Position numbers and translations under genes: made by a program. Shown one piece after another: positions 53,263 through 64,000 of a stretch of DNA of 64,000 bases (the stretch's first letter is position 1; each line of letters begins with the position of its first letter). This stretch comes from Octopus bimaculoides (lineage: Eukaryota). Location of the stretch: NCBI RefSeq assembly GCF_001194135.2, contig NC_068983.1, forward strand, positions 27,877,111-27,941,110, written 5' to 3'. The notes beneath the pieces were generated by a model, which saw nothing but the letters and a program-made list of their open reading frames with translations, was not told the origin of the DNA and ran no database searches.

Positions 53263-53954
53263 TTATACAGCTTTATTTTTGGATGGGGTATTGTGTTTCT
53301 TTTCCTTTTACGCAAACTGTCAAATTTATCCCGAACACTCTATAGTTATCAAAATCGTGCAGTAAAAACTATTATTCAACCACTGTAATCTCTGCACAAA
53401 AATATGAAAATTTGTGTATTGTCTTCATAAATCTTGTCCCACGAATGCATCAAGGAAAATAGAAAGACCGATGTCCGGTGTACATTTTGAGTGATATCAT
53501 ATGTCTGGTCGCGCTACTTGCACGGATTTCTGTAACTCTCTGTCGCCACCAAATTCCCGTATTCGTATTTGAATTGAAAGCTCGAGTCAAAATGAACCTT
53601 TCATGAGCTGGAAACACAACTATGGACGCCTTTCCCATGCAGTTATTCTCATTATAGGGCTTGATGATCCTGACCGTTGATTTAGGATTCTTCTGCTCAG
53701 CATTAATATAAGAAGTACCGTTGGCTCAGTTGGACTCTTCCGCTGCCTCTTCACAATCCACCATGCTGCAGTCCCATGATTACGCCTTCTCCCTAGCAGG
53801 GTGGCTGAACGGCAGCTATACCTTGCCAAAGGGCCGCTCGTAACTGTGCAGAGCACAGTCGTTATTCTGTGAGCTATTTCCATAACAGCCGCCTGCCCTA
53901 GATATATTCTGCTGGGTTGCAAACGTGCGAGTTTTCAGGTGAGTAACTATTTAC

Positions 53955-54054
53955 ATGGGGCATATGGTGTAGTGGTTAAGAGCGCGGGCTACTAACCCCA
54001 AGATTCCGAGTTCGATTTCAAGCAGTGACCTGAACAATAATAATAATAATAATC

Positions 54055-54099
<45 letters not shown>

Positions 54100-54264
54100 T
54101 CAACAACATCGAAGAATACCTTAGGAATGAGAACCCAGATTCGAAATTTCCCCAAGACACCTGATGAAGGCTGGAGGGTATATCAGCCAAAACGTTGTGT
54201 TAACAACAAACAAGATGAGGACAAATATCCGTCGAATGTAAATAATCTTAATAATGTAAATAAT
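53955..54264 (+). mobile_element. Composite non-autonomous element: tRNA-like head + (AAT)n + minimal hammerhead + tail
   Basis: 12-bp perfect TSD GTAACTATTTAC at 53943-53954 and 54265-54276; A-box TGGTGTAGTGG 53965-53975; B-box GTTCGATTT 54010-54018. Confidence 0.9.
54156..54201 (+). ncRNA. Minimal type I hammerhead ribozyme motif (G12A in this copy)
   Basis: GACAC-CTGATGA-A-GGCTG(GAGGGTATAT)CAGCC-AAAA-CGT-T-GTGTT; GAAACGTTGTGTT is intact in the copy at 57792. Confidence 0.8.
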
Positions 54265-54695
54265 GTAACTATTTACCTGTTCTTCACTCGTTTTTGTGGG
54301 TGCTCTAGAATGATGCTAAACACAAGATGAACAGAGGCTATGCGACGCAGGTTCGATTTCCAACAGAGCCGAGTTTCATAACACTTTATTTTCGTATGCA
54401 CGATTTTACGGTTGTATTTAACAACCCGAATAAGAACGAGATTCATTCTAACAGACTTTCAATCGATATGACAAAGAATAAATCTTCCGTTGTGATTACT
54501 CCACACATTAAACGTAATAGGATATTTTCATTCCATTTGCAACTCAATAATGACATTACTGTTTATTGTAACTTCACAGTGTCTTCTCACAGCTAATTAG
54601 GATGCTAATTAGAATGTAAATATTCATTACGTTCGGATGTGGGTACGTGGGGGTTTACGTGTGTGTAGGCGGGTGCGGCATGGAGTTCGTGTGTG

Positions 54696-54728
<33 letters not shown>

Positions 54729-56314
54729 AACGACGTGAGATTAAATTCTTTTGGAGTATTTCAAAGAAATATTTACTGCATTTAAATTAATTTTTAAATA
54801 TTCATTGAATTGGGTGCTGATTTGGAAATTGATGGGAAAATATTTATCAAGTTGTTGTGTTTCCCAGTATCGCATGGGAAATGAATTATTCTTAGTAACC
54901 ATATGGAAATAAGATCAAGTCATAGGCGGTCGATGATGTACGTTTAATGGTGGCTGCCCTTCTGTTTAATGAACGTTACTTGACATGTTATAAGCGCTCA
55001 TACATGCTATCTGTCTGTCTGTCTCTCTCTCTTTCTCTCACACATCTACACACACACCCACACACATATACATACATATCAACGTTAACGTAGACATGCA
55101 CATGCACACACACTCACGCACAAAAACACATTTACATACAAGACCCTACACATACACGCCCATACACACACAACTTTGATACAAACAAGTACATACGTAT
55201 ACGTTCACACATACACATACACACGTTCATACAAACATAACCACATGCACAGATAGACACACATACATACACACTCACACAAAATGCCACACACACCAAA
55301 ACTGGCTAATACATGCATACACGCGCGCGCACATGAAGTTAGCGTCCGGGTCGGATGCACTCGCCATTGTAGTATAGCCGTAGTTGGACCCATATTCTCT
55401 ATACAAACTGAAACAAGGTGAAATCAAGCACAGAGTTCTGTTCAGAACACACAATGGAATGCTACAATTGGATTAAACTAATAATTCATGGGCCTAAGAA
55501 TGAACTTTTACCCAGTCACTGTTAGAAATAACATTCGAATCTTCCTCTGATCACACCTTAGCATCGTAAAAGAAAAATGAAGAACCGACTGGATAATGTG
55601 GTCCGAGATGCACGAGGTAGATAATGATTGGAATATTTTGACCACAGGAGGATTGATTCACAAGGCATTGATGGGATCGGGGTTGTAGCTAGTGACATTT
55701 ACCCAGGGTGGTGCGCAATGAAATTTAATTCTCGGAATCACGTGAATGGGAAGCGTACTTCTTGACCGACAACCGTGCGAACGCATGTGATTTCTTTTCT
55801 TTTTTCCTCTATTTAATTAAGGTGGGGTGGTCAGCGCCCGTGACTCTTTATCATTTACTAGTGTTTTGTGACTATTGATTGAAAGAAGGGTGTTCTTCAG
55901 AGTAGAGACTTAGTTCAAATGCTCGCAACAGAGTGAACTCTACTATTGAGACCGTAGACCAACCATACAGCAGGGGGAAATCTGACTCTGGATTAAATCT
56001 ATCACTAAAGAGCTACAACAACAGAGAGCCGGAACATATATCGCAAACGCATCTTGATACCTATAACAACTATGAATTAAACAATACACGAGTGTGAGTA
56101 CAAACTAAAAGTTGAATCTCTCGGCAAACAAGGATCGCGATGCTGCTTCGTCACAACTCCCTATTTCTATATCCTCTATATCCTTTAAGACTATAAAAGT
56201 TTTATAGTAAACAAAACAAATTTTCGTATTTTGACTACTCGTTCTATGCAAAATATATGCAATTTTTTTGTTTCCCCTATCCTTCCAAATTATTACTTAG
56301 TATTCGCTATACGA

Positions 56315-56750
56315 AGGTGGCGAGCTGGCAGAATTGCTAGCGTGTCGGATTTTTATGTTCTGAGTTCAAATTCTGCTGAAGTTGACATTGCCCTTCATCC
56401 TTTTGTGGTCGATAAAGTAGGAACTAGTTGAGCACAGGGTCGAAAGATTCTACTCACTCAAACTCCCCAAATTGCTGGCGTTGTACCAAAATTTGAAACC
56501 AATATAAATGCAATTATTTTTGGCCCCCCGCCACCCAAACTATTACAATTATCTGTACGAAGGTGGCGACCAGGCAGAATCGCTTGCGTGTCGGATCTTT
56601 ACGTCCTGGGTTCAAATTCTGCCGAGGTTGACTTTAACTTTCACCCTTTCAGGGTCAATAAAATAACTGTCAGTTGAACCCTGCGTTCGACGTAATTGAT
56701 TAACCCCTTCCTTTAAATTTGTTGGCTTTGTAGAAAAATTTGAAACCATT
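56315..56750 (+). mobile_element. Tandem pair of SINE A copies sharing the same internal deletion
   Basis: TACGAAGGTGGCGA...GCGTGTCGGAT(T/C)TTTA(T/C)G junction in both copies. Confidence 0.8.
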
Positions 56751-56821
56751 GTTCCTTTACGCGGTGAGTTGGTGAAATCCTTATCTCATTGAATAGAACG
56801 CCTTACAGTGTTTTTCCCATA

Positions 56822-57060
56822 CAATATTTACAATTGACGGATATTTGTGCTCATCTTGTTTGGTGTTTACCCAACGCTTCGGCTGATATACCATCCAGCC
56901 TTCATCAGGTGTCCCAGGGAAATTTCGAACCTAGGTTCTCATCTCTAAGGTATTTTTCGGTGTTGTTGTTATTATTATTATCATTCAGGTCACTGCCTGG
57001 CTTCGAACTTGGAATCTTGGAGTTAGTAGCCCGCGCTCTTAACCATTACGCCATATGCCC
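56822..57060 (-). mobile_element. Second copy of the tRNA-head/(AAT)n/hammerhead/tail unit, here as a PLE terminal repeat
   Basis: Collinear with 53958-54240; hammerhead motif at 56868-56913 (GACAC-CTGATGA-A-GGCTG...CAGCC-GAAG-CGTT) with substitutions. Confidence 0.9.
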
Positions 57061-57097
57061 GTGGACAACTGTGGAGTGAATTTTAAGGCTTATAAAT

Positions 57098-57357
57098 CTA
57101 ATATTCTCCTATCCTCCTTAATACCGGTTCCCATATACTGCTCATATCTGCACTCGGTCTGCTTAGGAGGTTGTTGTGTCCTAGCATATATGCTGCTTCT
57201 TTTAGTTTTCGTATTTTCCAGTGGTGTTCTGTGTCTATTATTTTAACTTCATCCCACAGGGGGAGGTGGTCTCCATTTTTCCATACATGATCAGCTATAC
57301 CCGATTTATCAATATCTCCCCGTGTCACAGTTTTGTGATGTTCCTCTACCCTTATTT
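57098..57357 (-). pseudogene. Penelope-like element GIY-YIG endonuclease C-terminal fragment
   Basis: KIRVEEHHKTVTRGDIDKSGIADHVWKNGDHLPLWDEVKIIDTEHHWKIRKLKEAAYM matches the PLE RxxEH...SxIAxH...WxxxxI...RxxxEA pattern; 5'-truncated. Confidence 0.85.
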
Positions 57358-57775
57358 TGAGGGGGTGGCATGGAAGATGTCCAAGTGATGTTAGAGCATG
57401 TGAATTTATAGCCTAAAAATAGCAGTTAAATCTCCCTAAGTCATACCCTACTATCTTAGAAAACTTGTCACAGAATAACGTGATTCTAAATCCACTGCCC
57501 TCAAGAAAAAGATGGAATCTTTACGGTTAAAATGCTCTTACTATAAGTCTGATCCGTCAGGACTGAACTGCTGTTTAACAACAGCAATAAATTTACACAG
57601 ACGGTCACGATTTTCAGGCCTCAAAAATTGGAGTAGGTTTGTCAGTCGATACGGCTAACCACTGGCACTTGACTACAGTTTTACTTAGTGGAATTTGAGC
57701 TCAGCATGAAAGAGATGGAAAATGCGTTAACCATGTTGTCTGACGTGCTAATGATCCTTTCTACTATAGGCACAA

Positions 57776-57903
57776 GGAGGGTATATCAACCGAAACGTTG
57801 TGTTAACAATAAACAAAATGAGAAAAAATATCCGTCAATTGTAAATAATGTAAACAATGTAAATAATGTACATAATTCCTCATCTCTTAAATATAGAACT
57901 GTA
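57776..57903 (+). mobile_element. 5'-truncated copy of the hammerhead element (3' half of motif plus complete tail)
   Basis: GGAGGGTATATCAACCGAAACGTTGTGTTAAC...CTCTTAAATATAGAACTGTA. Confidence 0.88.
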
Positions 57904-58395
57904 GTGTTTGTTCTGATTCTCTGTCCACTGAGTTCAAATCCCGTACAGGTCAATCAGCTTAGCCATTTTGAGGGCGGGGGACAGTCGATTACATTGATCC
58001 TAGTACTAGTACTCAACTGCTACTTAATTTATCGACCCCGAAAGGANNNNNNNNNNNNNNNNNNNNNNNNNNNNNNNNNNNNNNNNNNNNNNNNNNNNNN
58101 NNNNNNNNNNNNNNNNNNNNNNNNNNNNNNNNNNNNNNNNNNNNNNNNNNNNNNNNNNNNNNNNNNNNNNNNNNNNNNNNNNNNNNNNNNNNNNNNNNNN
58201 NNNNNNNNNNNNNNNNNNNNNNNNNNNNNNNNNNNNNNNNNNNNNNNNNNNNNNNNNNNNNNNNNNNNNNNNNNNNNNNNNNNNNNNNNNNNNNNNNNNN
58301 NNNNNNNNNNNNNNNNNNNNNNNNNNNNNNNNNNNNNNNNNNNNNNNNNNNNNNNNNNNNNNNNNNNNNNNNNNNNNNNNNNNNNNNNNNNNNNN

Positions 58396-58740
58396 ACTTA
58401 TTTTATGGAAAAAAAAAGAAATAAAAAAGAAAGTTAACCTTGGTGATATTTGAACTCAAAATGTAAAGCGGGGCAAAATTTTGCTAAGCATTTTGCCCGG
58501 CGTGCTAACGATTCTGCCAGCTCGCCGCATAAGCAGGAATTTGATAATGGCTTCAAATTTTGGCACAAGGCCAGAAAATCTAGGAGAGGGTATAAATCGA
58601 TCTCATCGATTCCAGTGTTCGACTGGCACTTATTTTATGGAAAAAAAAAGAAAGTCAACCTTGGTGATATTTGAACTCAAAATGTAAAGCGGGGCAAAGT
58701 TTTGCTAAGCATTTTGCCCAGCGTGCTAACGATTCTGCCA
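58396..58740 (-). mobile_element. Tandemly duplicated SINE A next to a gap
   Basis: ACTTATTTTATGGAAAAAAAA...GCTAACGATTCTGCCA repeated at 58396 and 58628. Confidence 0.8.
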
Positions 58741-59639
58741 ACCGGAACGCTCCTCTTGGGAGTTAGATAATAAGAATAAAATTAGTTTATTAAATCGTTT
58801 TGATTTTTATGCTTCCCCATTCATTAGGCTCTATAATTTAAAGAACAGTGAAATGAAGAATATAAAAATTGAATTATTTTTTGAATTTGTCTTCGGTTGT
58901 AAATATGTGTATATGTGATACGCGTGTGCGTGTGAGGCTGTGTGCAGGCATATATATTCGCTAGAATTTATGTACTTTTATGTGTTGCTGTGTGGGTCTG
59001 AATATATATGTGTTGGGTGTGATAGCTGCATGCAACAACTATTTCCCTAATGATTTATTTTTCTGATGTTTGCTAATATTTGGAAAATAAACAATTTGGT
59101 ATTGGTTCATAAATGTATTCTAAATTTGGAGCAGTGAGACGATTTACAATAGAATTATTTCAGTGAATCATGATATTTTAGAGGGTTTTTTTTTTAATTT
59201 TCTATCCTTTCTTTATGTAGTTTTTCGAAATTAGAGTGTATGTATTTATACAGATATGTACGTGTATGTGTATGTATACAGTACATATGTACATACACCC
59301 ACTAATACGCATATCAACACATAGAGATACGCACGCACCTAAATATATATACAGAGTGTCTGGGCTAAAATTGACGGTTTGCATATACTGTATCGCAGGT
59401 TCGAATGACGTACCTTCACCGAACGTATTTCTTTATTTGCCTATAGGAGGATACACAGAGGGGACAGAACAAGGACATTCACAACACAGGGCTGGGGTTA
59501 CAAACATGATAAAAATTGATTAAAATTGGTTTGCTGAAATCGACGGTATGAAATCGAAAAAGTGAAAAACGAATGAAAATTTTTAAAAGTTAAATGATTA
59601 TAATAATTTATAAGACTTCGGGTTTTTATTTAACCCGCC

Positions 59640-60415
59640 GGCTTTCTCTTTTTTCTTTTAATTCCATTGTAATTACCGTATTTTTGTCTTTTTTTTTCTT
59701 TTCACCTTGATCGGCTACACTAGCACGGCCCCATTCAATCTCAGCATTTCGATAACAGTTATCCATCTTTTCTCGAATACTCTTTGAGACAGGCACTTTT
59801 TCTCCGGACTGATCTTCCTTGTCAGGTGGTAGTTAAAATAACTCACGATACCGCTTCCAGAGATAAAGTAGCCCGTCTCAATTCCCCTTCCACGCGTCAG
59901 CGATATTGTGTCTTACAGTATGGCTACTGCACAGTAAAAGGACGCCTTTCTTTCCTTATTAAAGGAGGAAGGTGGTACGATCTTAATTATGGACTCAGTC
60001 GATAGCCGTACTCTTTCCGTCTCCGACATCCGTTGTTCGATATAGGCTATCTGTTACCTCAATTCCTCACAATGTACGAAGGCGTGCGCGACAGTTTCAC
60101 TGACGCGCCTGCACCTCGGGCATGTGAGGGAGGTGTCAAACCCGTGTCTTGACAACCTTTCTTGAACCGGCAAGGCCGATCGGTAGCACTGCCAGGCCAG
60201 GGATTTCTGGGAGTTATCCAGATATCTCGGCCTAAATGTCCTTCCGAACAGGTTGGCTAGCTGGTCCCCATCGAAATCCAGAGCCTCCCCCAGGACGTCA
60301 TCGGACTCATGCTCTACCAACCCTCTATAGAAATCCGCAGTTATAGCCCCGCTGCCGGCACTACTCGCCCGGGAGAACAGAGTGAGTGCTTGTCTGCACT
60401 CCTTCTGCCATTCAC
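59640..60415 (-). mobile_element. L1/Tx1-type LINE 3' remnant with zinc-knuckle-like (zf-RVT) motif and A-rich tail
   Basis: ADFYRGLVE...QKSLAWQCYRSALPVQERLSRHGFDTSLTCPRCRRVSETVAHAFVHC; CxxC-ET-H-C motif; downstream stops and frameshifts. Confidence 0.85.
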
Positions 60416-60544
60416 CCGTTCTAGGTCTTTATATGTACTCATATGCGTATACAGATATTAATATATACGTATACACACACATGTACACACACTCATACAT
60501 ACATTTACACACATTCATACATATAATTTTTTTTTGCGCCTTTT

Positions 60545-60838
60545 TAAAGCTTAGCCAGGCTCATGGGCACGCTTCCCCGGTTTCTATGGCCTATGTGTTT
60601 CCCCCAACCGCAGCTGGACGGGACGCCAGTCCTTTGCAGCGTTACTCAAGAAACAGGAAGAAAGAGTGAGAGAAAGTTCGGGCGAAAGAATACAACAGGG
60701 GTCGCCATCCCCCCCCCCTGCCGGACCCTTGTGGAGCTTTAGGTGTTTTCGTTCAATAAACACACGTCCGGTCTGGGAATCGAAACCGCGATCCTCCGAC
60801 CGCGAGTCCGCTTCCCTAACCACTGGGGCATTGCGCCT
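60545..60838 (-). mobile_element. SINE with family B head but a different 3' part
   Basis: 60655-60838 matches the family B head; 60545-60650 (GGACTGGCGTCCCGTCCAG...GCCATAGAAACCGGGG...ATGAGCC on the minus strand) is absent from other B copies. Confidence 0.8.
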
Positions 60839-61409
60839 CACACACATTTATGCATGTGTATATCCATATATATATATATGTGTGTGTGTGTTAATATATA
60901 CTCAACATCACCCATTGACATGTTTACATTTCGTTCAAGTGTTTGTATATTAGATGTGTGAATGTATGTGTAAATGTTTACTTAAATATTTCAAACAAAA
61001 CCAGGCTTAATTAATCTAACGAACACAATGAAGACCTGGGAAGTTTACAATGACGCCTCATCGATCTACCATAAACAAACTTCTTTCTGACACTTCCACT
61101 TCTACTTATTTGATATACTCTTTCCTCGTTTTGTATTCCTTCGCTTCATAATTCCACCATTTCCCTTCACCCAGCTCAACCGCGATCCGCGATCCTCTAG
61201 AATAAGACATTCCATTCCCTCACCCATACAGCCTAATATCTATTTTAATTAATCATCGCTATCGGTTGACCCTATTTCTTAATAAACTCAAAAAGAATTT
61301 CCGTGCTTCATCAAATATGTTGAGTCTGAAGGATCTTTGAAAGACAAACATATTTACATTACCACATGACTTGGTAGTATATACCATGTTTACCCGAGTG
61401 GTTCTTAAA

Positions 61410-61740
61410 TGCGTGGCTCATTGGTTTGAGCGTCAAGTTCACAATCATGAGGTTGTGAGTTCGATACCTGGACCGGGTTGTGTATTGTGTTCTCGAGCAA
61501 GACACTTCATTTCAAGTTGTTCCAGTTCACTCAGCTGTAGAAATGAGTTGCGATGTCACTGGTGCCAAGCTGCATCGGTTTTTAACTTTCTCCTGAATAA
61601 CATCGATGATGTGGAGAGGGGAGGCTTGTATTTATGGGCGACTGTTGATCTTCCATAAACAATCTTGCCCGGACTCGTGTCACGGAGAACATTTTAAGTG
61701 CAATCCCATGGTCATTCATGACCGAAGGGGATCTTTTTAC
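61410..61740 (+). mobile_element. SINE family D (CORE-like centre) with a third type of tail
   Basis: GCGTGGCTCATTGGTTTGAGCG head, GAGTTCGATACC B-box, GAGCAAGACACTTCATTTCA centre, tail ending GGTCATTCATGACCGAAGGGG. Confidence 0.75.
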
Positions 61741-62869
61741 AGTCGCAAGCAAACACCAACACCCATCCGGCCCTCCCATTATCGTCCCTGCTGTACATCG
61801 AGGATGTAACAACTGAGGAAAGAGTCGAGCGACACGATTTCTAATACTTCTAAACATTGATCTACCAGGGTCTAGAAGCTCGCCCATATATACTATATCA
61901 AATGCGCATGTCTGTCACATAACCTCGTATAAGCAAATTACGTTTGCAACAGGGACTCATAATTCTTTATATAATTTTGTTACTATTTATTTTTCATTTA
62001 TTTTCTTATAGATTTATTATGTATGTGCCATACATATACTGTGTAATACTTATCTCGAAACCACATTGAACTGCATATGACCGGAGCGGACATGAACGCT
62101 AGACCGTGCAATTTACAATTTATCATCTCTCAGTCACCATGTTGATTTTAATTCCAAAGGTCAACCAGCACACCAAGTTACAGAAGCATATTTTTCTCTT
62201 CGTACACACACTTCGTTCATCACAATAATACATACTTTTGGTACACTTATCCTTTTTTTCTCTTTTTATTTCTCTCTTACACAGAAGATTCTCTCGGTAA
62301 ACTTTTCTATATTAAATAATGGATCAGTTAGACATTTAATTCGAAAACCCAGACATAATGGTAACTTTTACGATCGTAAAAATAGCATTCAGTTTAGTAT
62401 TGAATGCTCTTTCGTCAAATATATTTGTATTACACAAGTGCGCATAAACCAAAGCAGTACAGTCTTAGTTCATCTGAGCGAAATATTCAATCATATCACT
62501 TAGTGTTAGTCGGTACAGTGAGATGATGTGAATTAAACAAACGACCGTAAGTGACAAATAAGCCATGTGAAAAGAAGATGGAATATATAAGAGTTAAAAT
62601 TGTGAGTGTGTGTTTTCTCAACTGAATAAATTCAGTAAAACCTGGATTCTAATGCCGTCCAAAATTATTAACTTCCCGTTAACTAATTCCTGTCTTTTCT
62701 TTTCTAGTATATTCAAAAATATAATTATCTACCGCTTCATTCTAGAAATGTTTAACTTCAAACTTATATAAGAAATAATTAATTTTAATTTTTAGTCAGA
62801 ATCGCCTGCCTTTTCCACACTTGAACCTTCTGTGATAGGATACTTCAGCTAATTGGGAATTTTAATTGG

Positions 62870-63277
62870 AATGTATGGTTATGAATTTCGTTTCGCTACC
62901 AGGCGGTTTCAGGTTCAGTCCCACTGCACAGCATTTTGGACAAGTGTTTTCTGCAAAAACCCGATCTGACCAATGCTCAATGAATAAATTTGGTAGATGG
63001 AACCCGTGTGGAAGCTCTTTGTGTGCGTATATATTATATGTATAGATACGTGTGTGTGTGTATTTGTATCTGTTCCCTCACAGCTTGACAACTAGCTTTT
63101 GTAATTTTATTTCTTCGTAGCTTCGCCGTTCTGCAAAATAGTGCGAAAGAATAATACAAGACTTTAAAACAGTAAGTACTGAGTTCGATATATTTTGTCT
63201 TTTCTTTCGACTAACCTCTTCTGGGCAGTATCCATCCTATCTGTAGTTCACTGACTGAAACAGTAAAGAGTAAAAGT
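62870..63277 (+). mobile_element. SINE family E, diverged
   Basis: CAGGTTCAGTCCCACTGC...TTGGACAAGTGTTTTCT...GACTGAAACAGTAAAGAGTAAAAG. Confidence 0.7.
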
Positions 63278-64000
63278 TGTTCTTGAAAATACGAAGCATA
63301 ATTTTTCGATCACACTTATATTATATAAAGCTTATCTTTGTTCGAATTTGATTCATATTGCCTTGGGTATATTTCTTCGCAGTGTTAAGAGGATGAAAGT
63401 GTTTTCGCTGGACATGTTGATGGACTAACGCCTGTAAATTTCCGACAGTAATTGAAATCATGCTCCAAAGTAGTCCAAAGTTGTAACACAATTAAAAAGT
63501 ATTTAATAATCACAAATGTATTGTTTGTTATCGCTGTTCTTCTTAAGGCCCTAAATTAACAAATTCAATAGACCTATGTTCTAAGTTTTTTTTTTCTTTT
63601 GGTTTTGTTCATGACCATAATGTAACCTTTTTATAAGTCCAAATTGTGTTATTTGAAGAATATTTAGCTGCTATTTCTATTCACTTGAGCAACCACCTAA
63701 AGATGTTCTCGTTGGTTTCATCAGTTTATTTCTTTGTAGAACGGAACCATAAGTTCATCTTTCACCGCAGTAAACGCCTTCCAGCCTACCCTTATTCCCC
63801 GCGAATGTTTGACGTCCATGTCTCGGCGCATACTTATTGTGTGTCCCAAACAAACGTATACTTTTACCTCTTCGATTTATTCCTTTATTCAGCCATGTTC
63901 TATGTGTGGCGCATTAGCAGTGCTTCTTTGCTATAATGAACTATGGAACATATCTATCGGAACTAAATTAGTAAGCACTCTATTACAACAATTATAAGCG

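Noticed and set aside
53958-54025. Possible tRNA gene (Ser-like loop CTACTAA)
   Set aside because: The anticodon stem pairs poorly, there is no acceptor stem or T-run terminator, and it is the head of a mobile unit.
61810-61845. CTGAGGA followed by a GTC/GAC hairpin
   Set aside because: No GAAA after the hairpin and no stem I.

Overview
AT-rich, repeat-dense eukaryotic DNA with 14 N-gaps, most flanked by (AT)n/(GT)n microsatellites. The tRNA-derived SINE families and microsatellite load look like a cephalopod (Octopus-like) draft assembly; this is inference from recalled repeat sequences, not a search. No host protein-coding gene can be supported, and almost all long six-frame ORFs are microsatellite or gap artefacts. 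Real coding remnants are all transposon-derived: two RTE-type LINE 3' ends, one CR1/L2-type 3' end, one L1/Tx1-type 3' end, a mariner transposase 5' fragment and a Penelope-like (PLE) GIY-YIG endonuclease C-terminus. The main signal is a set of hammerhead-ribozyme-like motifs. (1) A composite mobile unit (tRNA-like Pol III head, (AAT)n, minimal hammerhead, tail) occurs as a TSD-bounded insertion at 53955-54264 and again directly after the PLE GIY-YIG stop codon at about 56822-57060. (2) A 152-bp tandem array (634-1426) carries in every unit a motif with the same minimal-hammerhead topology but a non-canonical core (CAGUUGA instead of CUGANGA). SINE and LINE boundaries are approximate to about 10 bp unless TSDs or TIRs are quoted.
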